Shown one piece after another: positions 9,527-17,026 of a stretch of 32,000 bases of DNA. How positions within the stretch are numbered: the stretch's first letter is position 1; each line of letters starts with the position of its first letter. The DNA comes from Methanoregula sp. Lineage in GTDB: Archaea; Halobacteriota; Methanomicrobia; Methanomicrobiales; Methanospirillaceae. The notes below the pieces were generated by a model. The model was not told the DNA's origin, searched no databases, and worked only from the letters and a program-made list of their open reading frames with translations. Location: contig NZ_JBEKLH010000001.1 of NCBI RefSeq assembly GCF_050010295.1, positions 443,358-475,357 of the forward strand, given 5' to 3'. A program made the position numbers and the translations under genes.

Positions 9527-10204
9527 ATGCTGATCTGCGACCTGCATGTGCACACCAACTATTCCAAGGACGGCGAAAGCAGCATTGAGGACATCCTCAA
9601 AAGGGCTGAAGAGGCAGGACTTGATGTAATCGCAATCACTGATCACGATTCGGTGGACGGGGCCAAGAAAGCCCTCACAATTCCCTCAGCAGTCCTGGTC
9701 ATTCCCGGGATAGAAGTCTCGACAAGACAGGGCCATCTCCTGGTCCTCGGCGTCACTGAGGTCATCCCGTCAATGCTCGATGTGGTGGAAACCATTACTA
9801 TCGCCAGGCGCATGGGTGCCCTCCTCATCCTCCCCCACCCCTACCATGTCTGGCGGCACGGGGTCGCCAGGCGCAAGAAATCAGGAATGACGGCAGTCGA
9901 CGCCGTCGAAGCATTCAACAGCAGGTATATTGTCGGTTCGGCAAACAAGAAAGCTGCCCGCATTGCCAAGAGGCTCGGCAAGCCCTGTGTCGGGGGCAGT
10001 GACGCACACCATGCAAAGTTTGTCGGTTTTGGCAGGACTTTTGTCGATGCGGACAGAAATGTTCCCGCGATTCTCGATGCGATCCGGGCCGGTAAAGTAT
10101 CCTGCAGTGGCAGGAAGACACCGCTGCGCACCTATACGCGCCAGTCCATCAAAAACACATGGAGAAAGATAAAGAGGATAACACGTCGGGTTCCCCTCCG
10201 GTAA
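9527..10204 (+). CDS. PHP-domain metal-dependent phosphoesterase
   Basis: MLICDLHVHTNYSKDGESSIEDIL, ITDHDSVDGA, PHPYHVWRHG, GGSDAHHAKFVG. Confidence 0.9.
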   Translation: MLICDLHVHTNYSKDGESSIEDILKRAEEAGLDVIAITDHDSVDGAKKALTIPSAVLVIPGIEVSTRQGHLLVLGVTEVIPSMLDVVETITIARRMGALLILPHPYHVWRHGVARRKKSGMTAVDAVEAFNSRYIVGSANKKAARIAKRLGKPCVGGSDAHHAKFVGFGRTFVDADRNVPAILDAIRAGKVSCSGRKTPLRTYTRQSIKNTWRKIKRITRRVPLR

Positions 10205-11010
10205 GACTTGCGTTCCGGGTCTCGTATCTCGGAAGCGGGTTTTATGGTTCACAGATGCAGACGGACCGGCGCACTGTGGAAGGGGAGTTTGTCGCAGCCT
10301 GTGTGCGCCTCAGCCTCTTTGACGACTGGAGGAAAGCAGGATTTCTCTTCGCGGGAAGGACTGACCGGGGTGTCCACGCCTGCGGTCAGGTTGCAGCCTT
10401 TTCGACCACGGAACCGGAACGGGCGGTTCACGCCATCAACACCCAGCTTCCCCCGGATTGCTGGTGTTCTGGTTATTCGGAAGTATCTCCTGCTTTTCAC
10501 CCGCGGTACGACGCGAAGTTCCGGACATACCGTTACTATTTCGAGGAAGGAAGGTATGATGTTGAGGCGATGGGCTGTGCTGCCGGCCGGTTTCTGGGAA
10601 ACCACAACTTCACCACTTTTGCGAGGGTAGAGGATAAAAACCCCTATCGGACGATCCTGGCAGCCGCGATCTTTGACCAGGAAGATTATGTCTTTCTTGA
10701 GGTGACCGCAGCGAGTTTCCTGTGGCACCAGGTGCGCTGCATGGCAACAGCGCTTATCAGGGTCGGACTGGGGGAAGCTTCCGACAGTTCCGTGACTGAA
10801 CTCCTGTCGGCCCCTGCCGGAAAGCCCCTCCAGCCTGCATCTGCCGAAGGCCTGATCCTCTGGGAGACGGGTTGCGGCCTTACCTGGCACCCCCTCGGTG
10901 CGGGCAGACGCAGCATGCTTTTTCTGGATAACCTCAGGCGGCACCATGCACGGATGGAAAATGTGTGCAGGGTGATGACACTCCTTCCCGGCCATCATGA
11001 TGAATGCTGA
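10159..11010 (+). CDS. truA: tRNA pseudouridine(38-40) synthase
   Basis: VSYLGSGFYGSQMQ, FAGRTDRGVHACGQVAAF catalytic Asp motif, FLWHQVRCMATAL. Confidence 0.93.
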   Translation: MEKDKEDNTSGSPPVRLAFRVSYLGSGFYGSQMQTDRRTVEGEFVAACVRLSLFDDWRKAGFLFAGRTDRGVHACGQVAAFSTTEPERAVHAINTQLPPDCWCSGYSEVSPAFHPRYDAKFRTYRYYFEEGRYDVEAMGCAAGRFLGNHNFTTFARVEDKNPYRTILAAAIFDQEDYVFLEVTAASFLWHQVRCMATALIRVGLGEASDSSVTELLSAPAGKPLQPASAEGLILWETGCGLTWHPLGAGRRSMLFLDNLRRHHARMENVCRVMTLLPGHHDEC

Positions 11011-11071
11011 CCCGGCACCGGATGAAATACGCAAGCCTTTTTACAGGAGTTTTCAATAAACATACGTAGGT

Positions 11072-11356
11072 GTGCCAATGGCAGTCATCAAGAGTATTGA
11101 TATTATATCCTGGGCGAAAATCCACGCCCTGTTTGGTATCGTGTTCGGATTCATCTATGGCGTCCTGTTCGCAGTAATAGGAGCAGCAATCGGGTTTCAC
11201 CGGGCCATGCCCGGCGTGACTGCATTCGGACTGATGTCCATCATCATCTTCCCGATCATCTTTGGTATCATGGCGTTCATCTGTGGGGCGATTTTGGCCT
11301 TCCTGTATAATTTCTTTGCAAGCAAGATCGGCGGCGTCCAGATCGAGCTTGCCTGA
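11072..11356 (+). CDS. small conserved membrane protein
   Basis: MAVIKSIDIISWAKIHALFGIVFGFIYGVLFAVIGAAIGF...; two or three TM segments; intergenic TATA-rich upstream. Confidence 0.6.
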   Translation: MPMAVIKSIDIISWAKIHALFGIVFGFIYGVLFAVIGAAIGFHRAMPGVTAFGLMSIIIFPIIFGIMAFICGAILAFLYNFFASKIGGVQIELA

Positions 11357-11380
11357 AAAATCTCCTCTCTTTTACGCCGA

Positions 11381-12595
11381 TCATTCTATCTGGCGGGCAC
11401 AGCCGCTTGCGACCGCTGCCTCGCTTACGGCCTTGGCTACGGCCGTCACGACGTTACGATTGAGGATCTGGGGAAGAATCCTGTCCTTTTGCGGCCTTCT
11501 GACATATCCGGCAAGAGCATGTGCGGCAGCAACCTTCATCTCATCTGAGATCCTCGTCGCACATACATCAAGCGCACCGCGGAAGATACCTGGGAATGCA
11601 AGGGCATAGTTGATCTGGTTGGGAAAGTCACTGCGCCCGGTGCCGACTATGGCAGCACCCGCTTGGAGAGCGTCCCCGGGAAGGATTTCCGGGACCGGGT
11701 GCGCGAGTGCGAAGATGATGGGATCCTTGTTCATCGAGCGGACCATCGATGCGGTGATAATCCCCGGAACAGACACCCCTATGCAGACGTCGGCGCCTTT
11801 CATGGCCTCGGCAAGTGTTCCCGTCCGCTCTGTCAGGTTGGTCTCCGCTCCGATGATGAACTTGTATTTATTTGCATACAGTCCTTCGCGATGCCGGTGA
11901 ATGATCCCGCCGGTGTCGCAGACAATAATATCGTTGACGCTGCTGCAGAGGTTGGGATCATATCCGATGCATTTCAGCATCCGCGTGATGGCAAACCCTG
12001 CAGCCCCGGCGCCACATATGACGATATTAAGGTCTTCGAACCGTTTTTTGGTAACCTTGCATGCATTCAGGAGCGCAGCAAGTACTACGACCGAAGTACC
12101 ATGCTGGTCATCGTGCATTACCGGAATGCCGATGCCCTGCAGCGACTCTTCAAGTTCGAAGCATTTGGGTGCAGCAATGTCCTCCAGTGCAATCCCGCCG
12201 AAAACCGGGGCGATATTCTTGATATCATCGGCAAATTCCGTGTGATAATTTTCAAAGCAGATAGGAAATGCATCGATACCGGCAAGTTTTTTGAAGAGGA
12301 GTGCTTTTCCTTCCATCACGGGGATGGCGGCATATCCTCCGATGTTCCCGAGAGAGAGTACCCGCGAGCCATCCGATATGATGGCGATGGTGTTCGCCTT
12401 CATCGTGTATTTGTAAGCGAGGTCCTTATCACGGTAGATCTCCCTGCACACGGATGCGACTCCTGGTGTATAGGCAAGAGAGAGTTCCCTGCGGTTTGTG
12501 ACAGGAACCTTTGAGTGGATCTCGATCTTTCCTTGGTGCTTCCGGTGAAGTTCGAGCGATTCTGCGTAAACGTCCTTCTTCTTTCCCCGGTTCAT
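11381..12595 (-). CDS. NAD(P)-dependent malic enzyme
   Basis: IEIHSKVPVTNRRELSLAYTPGVA ... FPICFENYHTEFADDIKNIAPVFGGIALEDIAAPKCFE ... IPVMHDDQHGTSVVVLAAL. Confidence 0.93.
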   Translation of the reverse strand: MNRGKKKDVYAESLELHRKHQGKIEIHSKVPVTNRRELSLAYTPGVASVCREIYRDKDLAYKYTMKANTIAIISDGSRVLSLGNIGGYAAIPVMEGKALLFKKLAGIDAFPICFENYHTEFADDIKNIAPVFGGIALEDIAAPKCFELEESLQGIGIPVMHDDQHGTSVVVLAALLNACKVTKKRFEDLNIVICGAGAAGFAITRMLKCIGYDPNLCSSVNDIIVCDTGGIIHRHREGLYANKYKFIIGAETNLTERTGTLAEAMKGADVCIGVSVPGIITASMVRSMNKDPIIFALAHPVPEILPGDALQAGAAIVGTGRSDFPNQINYALAFPGIFRGALDVCATRISDEMKVAAAHALAGYVRRPQKDRILPQILNRNVVTAVAKAVSEAAVASGCARQIE

Positions 12596-12665
12596 GCATA
12601 ACCCTGCATTGAGTCAATGAACGCGATGGCATACCATCAATGTTATTGTCGGAAGAATCGTACGG

Positions 12666-13094
12666 TCACTGCGGCCTGTTTATCCCGAATACAGCGTCGA
12701 TCCAGGCGGTAATCTCATCCCGGACCCGGCGATATCCTTCGAGAATCTCATCATCAGAACCGGGTGTGAGGTGGGGATCGGGGAATCCCCGGTGAATGGT
12801 TCTTTTGGCGGCATTCACAACCGGGCAGACCTGGCGGGCACGATCGCAGAGCGTAACTGCCAGATCAAAATGCATACCGGATACTGCATCAAGTGTCTTC
12901 GACCGATGGCCCGAGATATCGATCCCGATCTCCTGCATCACAACTATTGCACGTGCACTGACTTTGGACTGGCGGGTGCCGGCGGAAAAGGCCTCGAACC
13001 GGTCGCCATACCTTGTCCGCAGGTAACCTTCCGCCATCTGGGAACGTGCAGCGTTGGCGGTGCAGATGAAGAGGACCCGGGTTTTTTCCGTCAT
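12666..13094 (-). CDS. arsC: low-molecular-weight phosphatase / thioredoxin-coupled arsenate reductase family protein
   Basis: VLFICTANAARSQMAEGYLR P-loop phosphatase signature, VTLCDRARQVCPV, RGFPDPHLT; ATG overlaps the TGA of hgcB (ATGA) with a GAGGGA just upstream. Confidence 0.85.
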   Translation of the reverse strand: MTEKTRVLFICTANAARSQMAEGYLRTRYGDRFEAFSAGTRQSKVSARAIVVMQEIGIDISGHRSKTLDAVSGMHFDLAVTLCDRARQVCPVVNAAKRTIHRGFPDPHLTPGSDDEILEGYRRVRDEITAWIDAVFGINRPQ

Positions 13095-13543
13095 TTTCCC
13101 TCGCAACATGATGACTCTTCTTTGTCCGACCTGCAGCACGACTCCTCGCTTCCTCCACAGCTGCATTCCCCGCTGTCCAGGTCCTTTCCCCTCAGGGCAG
13201 CGCTGATCATCGCCCACGCACACCCGACCCCGCTCTGTACGGTAATTGCCTGAACGGGACAGTTTAAAGCGCAGGCGCCGCACTCCATGCAGGTGGCAGG
13301 ACGGGCGAGGTCGACATGGTCATACCCCTCGGTAAAAACTGCGTGCGGGCAGACCTGAAGGCAGCGTTTGCAGTTGATGCACCGGTCTGGATCAAGTTTC
13401 AGCGTGGTCTCCATATAGGAGTCGAAAAATCCTGCCTGATTCTTCTCCCCGTTGAGGTTTTGAGAAACCTTTCCGGAGTCGGAGAACCCTGATGGCTTGT
13501 TCATCTCACCTGGGTTTTGAGGAACCTTTCCGGAATTGGGCAT
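13091..13543 (-). CDS. hgcB: mercury methylation ferredoxin HgcB (extended N-terminus; a shorter form could start at 13414)
   Basis: CINCKRCLQVCP and CMECGACALNCP (HgcB-type C[MI]ECGAC), conserved GVGCAWAM, C-terminal CC pairs; directly downstream of hgcA; GGTGATC Shine-Dalgarno 2 nt before the ATG that overlaps the hgcA stop (TGATG). Confidence 0.9.
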   Translation of the reverse strand: MPNSGKVPQNPGEMNKPSGFSDSGKVSQNLNGEKNQAGFFDSYMETTLKLDPDRCINCKRCLQVCPHAVFTEGYDHVDLARPATCMECGACALNCPVQAITVQSGVGCAWAMISAALRGKDLDSGECSCGGSEESCCRSDKEESSCCEGK

Positions 13544-14616
13544 CAGATCACCCCGATAAGACGGCTCACGCCAAGCACTATCCCAAGAATTACCCCGGCA
13601 CCGGCCATGAGTGCCATGACGGGTACGTACCGGAAGATCTCCTTCTTCACACCTGTCCGGGAAGTGAAAGTTGTTGAGCCGGTGAAATTCAGTGCAAGAT
13701 ATGCGGTTACGGCAGGTATGATGAGGAGCGGAGCGAGGGCTCCGGCGGTTGTTGCCCAGCCGGGCAGTGCCGGCGCGGAAGCGAAGGCAATTGCAAACGG
13801 AATTGCCACGACTCCCCCAAGAAGCAACCCTTTTGAGGAGAAGTCCTTTGTCGGGAGAACTGGCAACAGAACCGGGAAGAGTACGGTTCCTGCAATTACC
13901 GCGGCAATGGCTGCAAGTGCAGCGACCGGGCCGGCAAGGAACCAAAGCGTGACGGCGGCAATAATCGCCGGAAGCGCGACATGGATGAGTTCAACAGGGA
14001 TGAGAACGGCGCGATCCCAGAGCGGGAACACCACCCTGCGCATCTCCGGTGTCGCCTTATGCGCTCTGAGATATTCCGGTAGGTCGCGCGCCCGTACCGG
14101 GCCGTATTCAACGGAAAACCCGGATTTGTGCAGGACTTCCGGCCATGAAATTCCCGGTGCCCCGAGCTGGGGCATGATAATCTTCGTATGGCCCACGACA
14201 CCTGCAAGCCCCGTGACTTCGATCCTCCGTACCAGTTCCCCCGTCCCGAACGTTCCCTTGCCCGCAGCGCACCAGACATTGATCCCTTTGGTATCCAGAA
14301 CCAGAATGAACGCATCGTATCCCTCGAGTGCAGAACGGAGAGCATCGAAACTCAGAGTGTAATTTGCCGAAGCAAAGACCGGGGAATCCGGGGTGGGATT
14401 CCCGAGCCGGTACAGGCCGGGCTCCACGCAGTGACCACTCCGGTTCACACCCCAGCGGGCGAGGAAATGGTCGAGCCGGTTAGCGAAGGTAATTGCGCTG
14501 TCAGTTGTCCGAATCTCTGGTGGTGATGAGTGGTTCGTCCCACAATTGCATGACGCGGAACCCTGTCCGGGTGAACCGGCGCAGCGGTTTGATCCGGCTG
14601 TTGGGATCGTATCCAT
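13543..14616 (-). CDS. hgcA: mercury methylation corrinoid protein HgcA
   Basis: VLDTKGINVWCAAGKGTFGT contains the diagnostic N(V/I)WCA(A/G)GK cap-helix motif; PGLYRLGNPTPDSPVFASANYTLSFDALR; five C-terminal hydrophobic TM segments; alternative start at 14646; GGGGAGAGGG precedes the ATG at 14616. Confidence 0.95.
   Translation of the reverse strand: MDTIPTAGSNRCAGSPGQGSASCNCGTNHSSPPEIRTTDSAITFANRLDHFLARWGVNRSGHCVEPGLYRLGNPTPDSPVFASANYTLSFDALRSALEGYDAFILVLDTKGINVWCAAGKGTFGTGELVRRIEVTGLAGVVGHTKIIMPQLGAPGISWPEVLHKSGFSVEYGPVRARDLPEYLRAHKATPEMRRVVFPLWDRAVLIPVELIHVALPAIIAAVTLWFLAGPVAALAAIAAVIAGTVLFPVLLPVLPTKDFSSKGLLLGGVVAIPFAIAFASAPALPGWATTAGALAPLLIIPAVTAYLALNFTGSTTFTSRTGVKKEIFRYVPVMALMAGAGVILGIVLGVSRLIGVI
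14257..14280 (-). other. codons of the HgcA corrinoid-binding cap-helix motif NVWCAAGK
   Basis: Directly read: AAT GTC TGG TGC GCT GCG GGC AAG on the minus strand. Confidence 0.95.
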
Positions 14617-14632
14617 GCTTTCCCTCTCCCCT

Positions 14633-14917
14633 TCAGTCGCTTTCATATAGAAGCGGGCCGAGCACGTCTTTTACCATCCCGCTCAGGCTCTCGGCTTTCA
14701 TCAGTGCAAGGCAGCAGACACTGCCATTCTTCTCCCAGCTGATCAGGGCGAGTTTGTCCCCGGTTTTGATCCCGGCTTTCTCACGGACATCCTTGGGGAG
14801 CACCATCTGTCCCCGCTCGTCCACCGAGAGGACCGCTTCGACTTTACAGCCTGATCCCGGTGTGCATCCGCACTCAGCTCCCGGACTACACCCGGTACCG
14901 CTGTTCTTCTTAAGCAT
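14633..14917 (-). CDS. AbrB/MazE/SpoVT-domain protein with Cys-rich N-terminus, probable HgcAB-associated regulator
   Basis: CKVEAVLSVDERGQMVLPKDVREKAGIKTGDKLALI (SpoVT-AbrB) preceded by GTGCSPGAECGCTPGSGC; immediately upstream of hgcA; GGAG upstream of the ATG at 14917. Confidence 0.85.
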   Translation of the reverse strand: MLKKNSGTGCSPGAECGCTPGSGCKVEAVLSVDERGQMVLPKDVREKAGIKTGDKLALISWEKNGSVCCLALMKAESLSGMVKDVLGPLLYESD

Positions 14918-14948
14918 CTGGATTCTCCGGATTATTGTTGGCACGCCC

Positions 14949-14979
14949 ATTATTTATATTTTTCAGAAAAATCAGAAAA
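14949..14979 (-). promoter_or_regulatory. candidate promoter of the AbrB-hgcAB-arsC unit (TATA-like AATATAAATA with adjacent direct repeat TCAGAAAA x2 on + strand)
   Basis: AT-rich segment in the divergent intergenic region about 35-60 nt upstream of the start codon at 14917. Confidence 0.45.
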
Positions 14980-15081
14980 TTCTTATTTTTTACAATATAT
15001 GATGGCAAGGAATCAGCTAACTGTTTGTGCAACAATGTACCGTAATCCATTTGTCTTCCCTGGATAATACACTCACAATCT

Positions 15082-15600
15082 ATGGCGGCGTTCGAGTGCG
15101 ACCATTGCGGGAAATGCTGCAAGAGCTTCGGTTCATTCATCACCATCGAGCGCCAGCTGAACGACCGGGATTACTATTGCCGGTATGGTATCACCGGTGA
15201 CCTGTTCCTCGTGCACGTTGACGCGGATTTTGCAGAAAAGGTATCTGAAAAATTTTCTGACGGTTCAGGGGCGGTATCGGTAAAAAAACCCTGCCCATTC
15301 CTGTGCAGGGGGAAGGATGGTGAAGGATTTTCCTGCGCAGTCTATCCTGCACGACCGCGGGTATGCCGGGAGTTCCGCTGTTACCGGATGCTGATCTTCA
15401 ATCATGGGGGACAGCGGTGCGGGACGGTGATCGGCGCGCAGGAAATAAGCACGTCAGACGAAGTTCTTGCGCAGCTCTGGAAAGAAGAGATCGCATCCCT
15501 GCCCCATGCACATCCCCCGGGCGCGAATGATCCCGAATGGGTGAAGAACGTTACCGGCATCCTCGCAGTTCATGGATACCGCGGGGAACCGGCAGAATAA
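15082..15600 (+). CDS. YkgJ-like zinc/iron-chelating cysteine-cluster protein
   Basis: FECDHCGKCCKSFG ... CPFL ... SCAVYPARPRVCREFRCYR. Confidence 0.8.
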   Translation: MAAFECDHCGKCCKSFGSFITIERQLNDRDYYCRYGITGDLFLVHVDADFAEKVSEKFSDGSGAVSVKKPCPFLCRGKDGEGFSCAVYPARPRVCREFRCYRMLIFNHGGQRCGTVIGAQEISTSDEVLAQLWKEEIASLPHAHPPGANDPEWVKNVTGILAVHGYRGEPAE

Positions 15601-15604
15601 ACTT

Positions 15605-16159
15605 TTATTTGGAAGCAATGGAAGCGTTGGTGGCAGCAGTGGTGGGAGCTACGTAAACGTTGGGCTTGCACCCTTCGTTGCGGTAAAGGGTCCACTCCTC
15701 GCATGTCGTTCCGTTGGGGAACGTGCACATGCCGTACTGGCTGCCGTCCGGGTTGGACATGATCTGGGTCGTTCCACCAATGTTTCCGCAGTTGACCGAG
15801 GCAGGATTGGCCATGCCGATAGCGGCAGGCGTTGTTGCGGCCTGCGCGTACGGTTTGCAGACGTGGTCGTTGAAGAGGGCCCACTCCTCGCATGTCGTTC
15901 CATTAGGGAACGTGCACATGCCGTACTGGCTGCCGTCCGGGTTGGACACGATCTCGGATGTTCCACCGATGTTTCCACAGTTGACTGATGCCGGGTTTGC
16001 CATGCCCGCACTTACCGGCGCTGGGGTTGTAGCGGGTGTTCCCCGAACCGGAACAACGGTAGTCTGTACCGGGGTCTGTGCGGGCTGCTGCGTACACCCC
16101 GCAATGAGCAATACTGCGACGATACAGGCTAGAATAACAAAAATGCTGGTTCTGGACAT
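15605..16159 (-). CDS. lipoprotein with two tandem DUF333 domains
   Basis: Signal/lipobox VAVLLIAGC; two copies of GMANPASVNCGNIGG...NPDGSQYGMCTFPNGTTCEEW. Confidence 0.85.
   Translation of the reverse strand: MSRTSIFVILACIVAVLLIAGCTQQPAQTPVQTTVVPVRGTPATTPAPVSAGMANPASVNCGNIGGTSEIVSNPDGSQYGMCTFPNGTTCEEWALFNDHVCKPYAQAATTPAAIGMANPASVNCGNIGGTTQIMSNPDGSQYGMCTFPNGTTCEEWTLYRNEGCKPNVYVAPTTAATNASIASK
15659..15817 (-). repeat. DUF333 repeat copy 2
   Basis: GMANPASVNCGNIGGTTQIMSNPDGSQYGMCTFPNGTTCEEWTLYRNEGCKPN. Confidence 0.85.
15845..16006 (-). repeat. DUF333 repeat copy 1
   Basis: GMANPASVNCGNIGGTSEIVSNPDGSQYGMCTFPNGTTCEEWALFNDHVCKPYA. Confidence 0.85.
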
Positions 16160-16231
16160 CGTACTCATCCAAGGATATCTGTAGGCAGGCACGCATTAAA
16201 AAGGTAGTTCATCCAGAAGTTTTGGATCGGG

Positions 16232-17026
16232 TCAGGGAAGCATCCCGGATCTCATCTGCGATACGTACCTCTTAAGTTCCCGGATCATTTTGTCCGGCGC
16301 ATTCAGGTTCCGCTCAATGATATCAACAATCGCGCTGCCAACGATCACTCCATCAGCCCCGGCTGCTGAGCAGGTCTTCGCATGATCGGGAGTTGATATA
16401 CCAAAACCCAAGGCAAGGGGAAGATCAGTATGCCTGCGGACCCGGTGCAGCAGTTCGATTGCACCCGACGACACCTCGTCTCTCATGCCGGTCACGCCAA
16501 GAACTGATACGAGGTAGAGGTAACCCCTGGCCTTCCCGGCAATTTTCCCGATCCGCTCGTCTGACGTTGTCTGGGCGATGAGAAAGATCGGATCAATGGC
16601 AAAACGGGCTGCAGTTTCGCAGATCTCCGTGGACTCCTCAACCGGCATATCCGCGATCAGGATGCCGTCGACCCCCGAATCGTGCGCTTCCCGGTAAAAC
16701 CGCTCGATCCCCCGGTGGTAAACCGTATTGTAATACGTAAGGAAAACGATGGGCACCTCCGAGGTTATCCGGATATCCCTGACGATGGCAAAGACAACGT
16801 CGGGGTTTGTTCCGGCTGCACGTGCCCGCTCATCCGCCTTCTGGATGGTCGGCCCGTCAGCAACCGGATCAGAGAAGGGTACCCCGAGCTCCAGAATGTC
16901 CGTCCCGCCCTCAATAAGAGCACGGGCGATCCGCATACAGGTCTCCTTATCCGGGTCCCCGGCCACGGTAAAACCGATGAAAACCGGTGTCCTGCAGTTC
17001 TTGAAGGTGTCAGCAATCCGTCCCAT
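16232..17026 (-). CDS. trpA: tryptophan synthase alpha chain
   Basis: FIGFTVAGDPDKETCMRIARALIEGGTDILELGVPFSDPVADGPTIQ; start overlaps the trpB stop. Confidence 0.97.
   Translation of the reverse strand: MGRIADTFKNCRTPVFIGFTVAGDPDKETCMRIARALIEGGTDILELGVPFSDPVADGPTIQKADERARAAGTNPDVVFAIVRDIRITSEVPIVFLTYYNTVYHRGIERFYREAHDSGVDGILIADMPVEESTEICETAARFAIDPIFLIAQTTSDERIGKIAGKARGYLYLVSVLGVTGMRDEVSSGAIELLHRVRRHTDLPLALGFGISTPDHAKTCSAAGADGVIVGSAIVDIIERNLNAPDKMIRELKRYVSQMRSGMLP

Noticed and set aside
11663-12514. 283-aa + strand ORF opposite malic enzyme
   Set aside because: Shadow ORF; no recognisable motif and a fully conserved gene on the opposite strand.
15572-16184. Overlapping + strand ORFs with repeated VRVGHDLG.. 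/ MGNVHMPYWLPSG segments
   Set aside because: The repetition is explained by the tandem DUF333 duplication coded on the minus strand.
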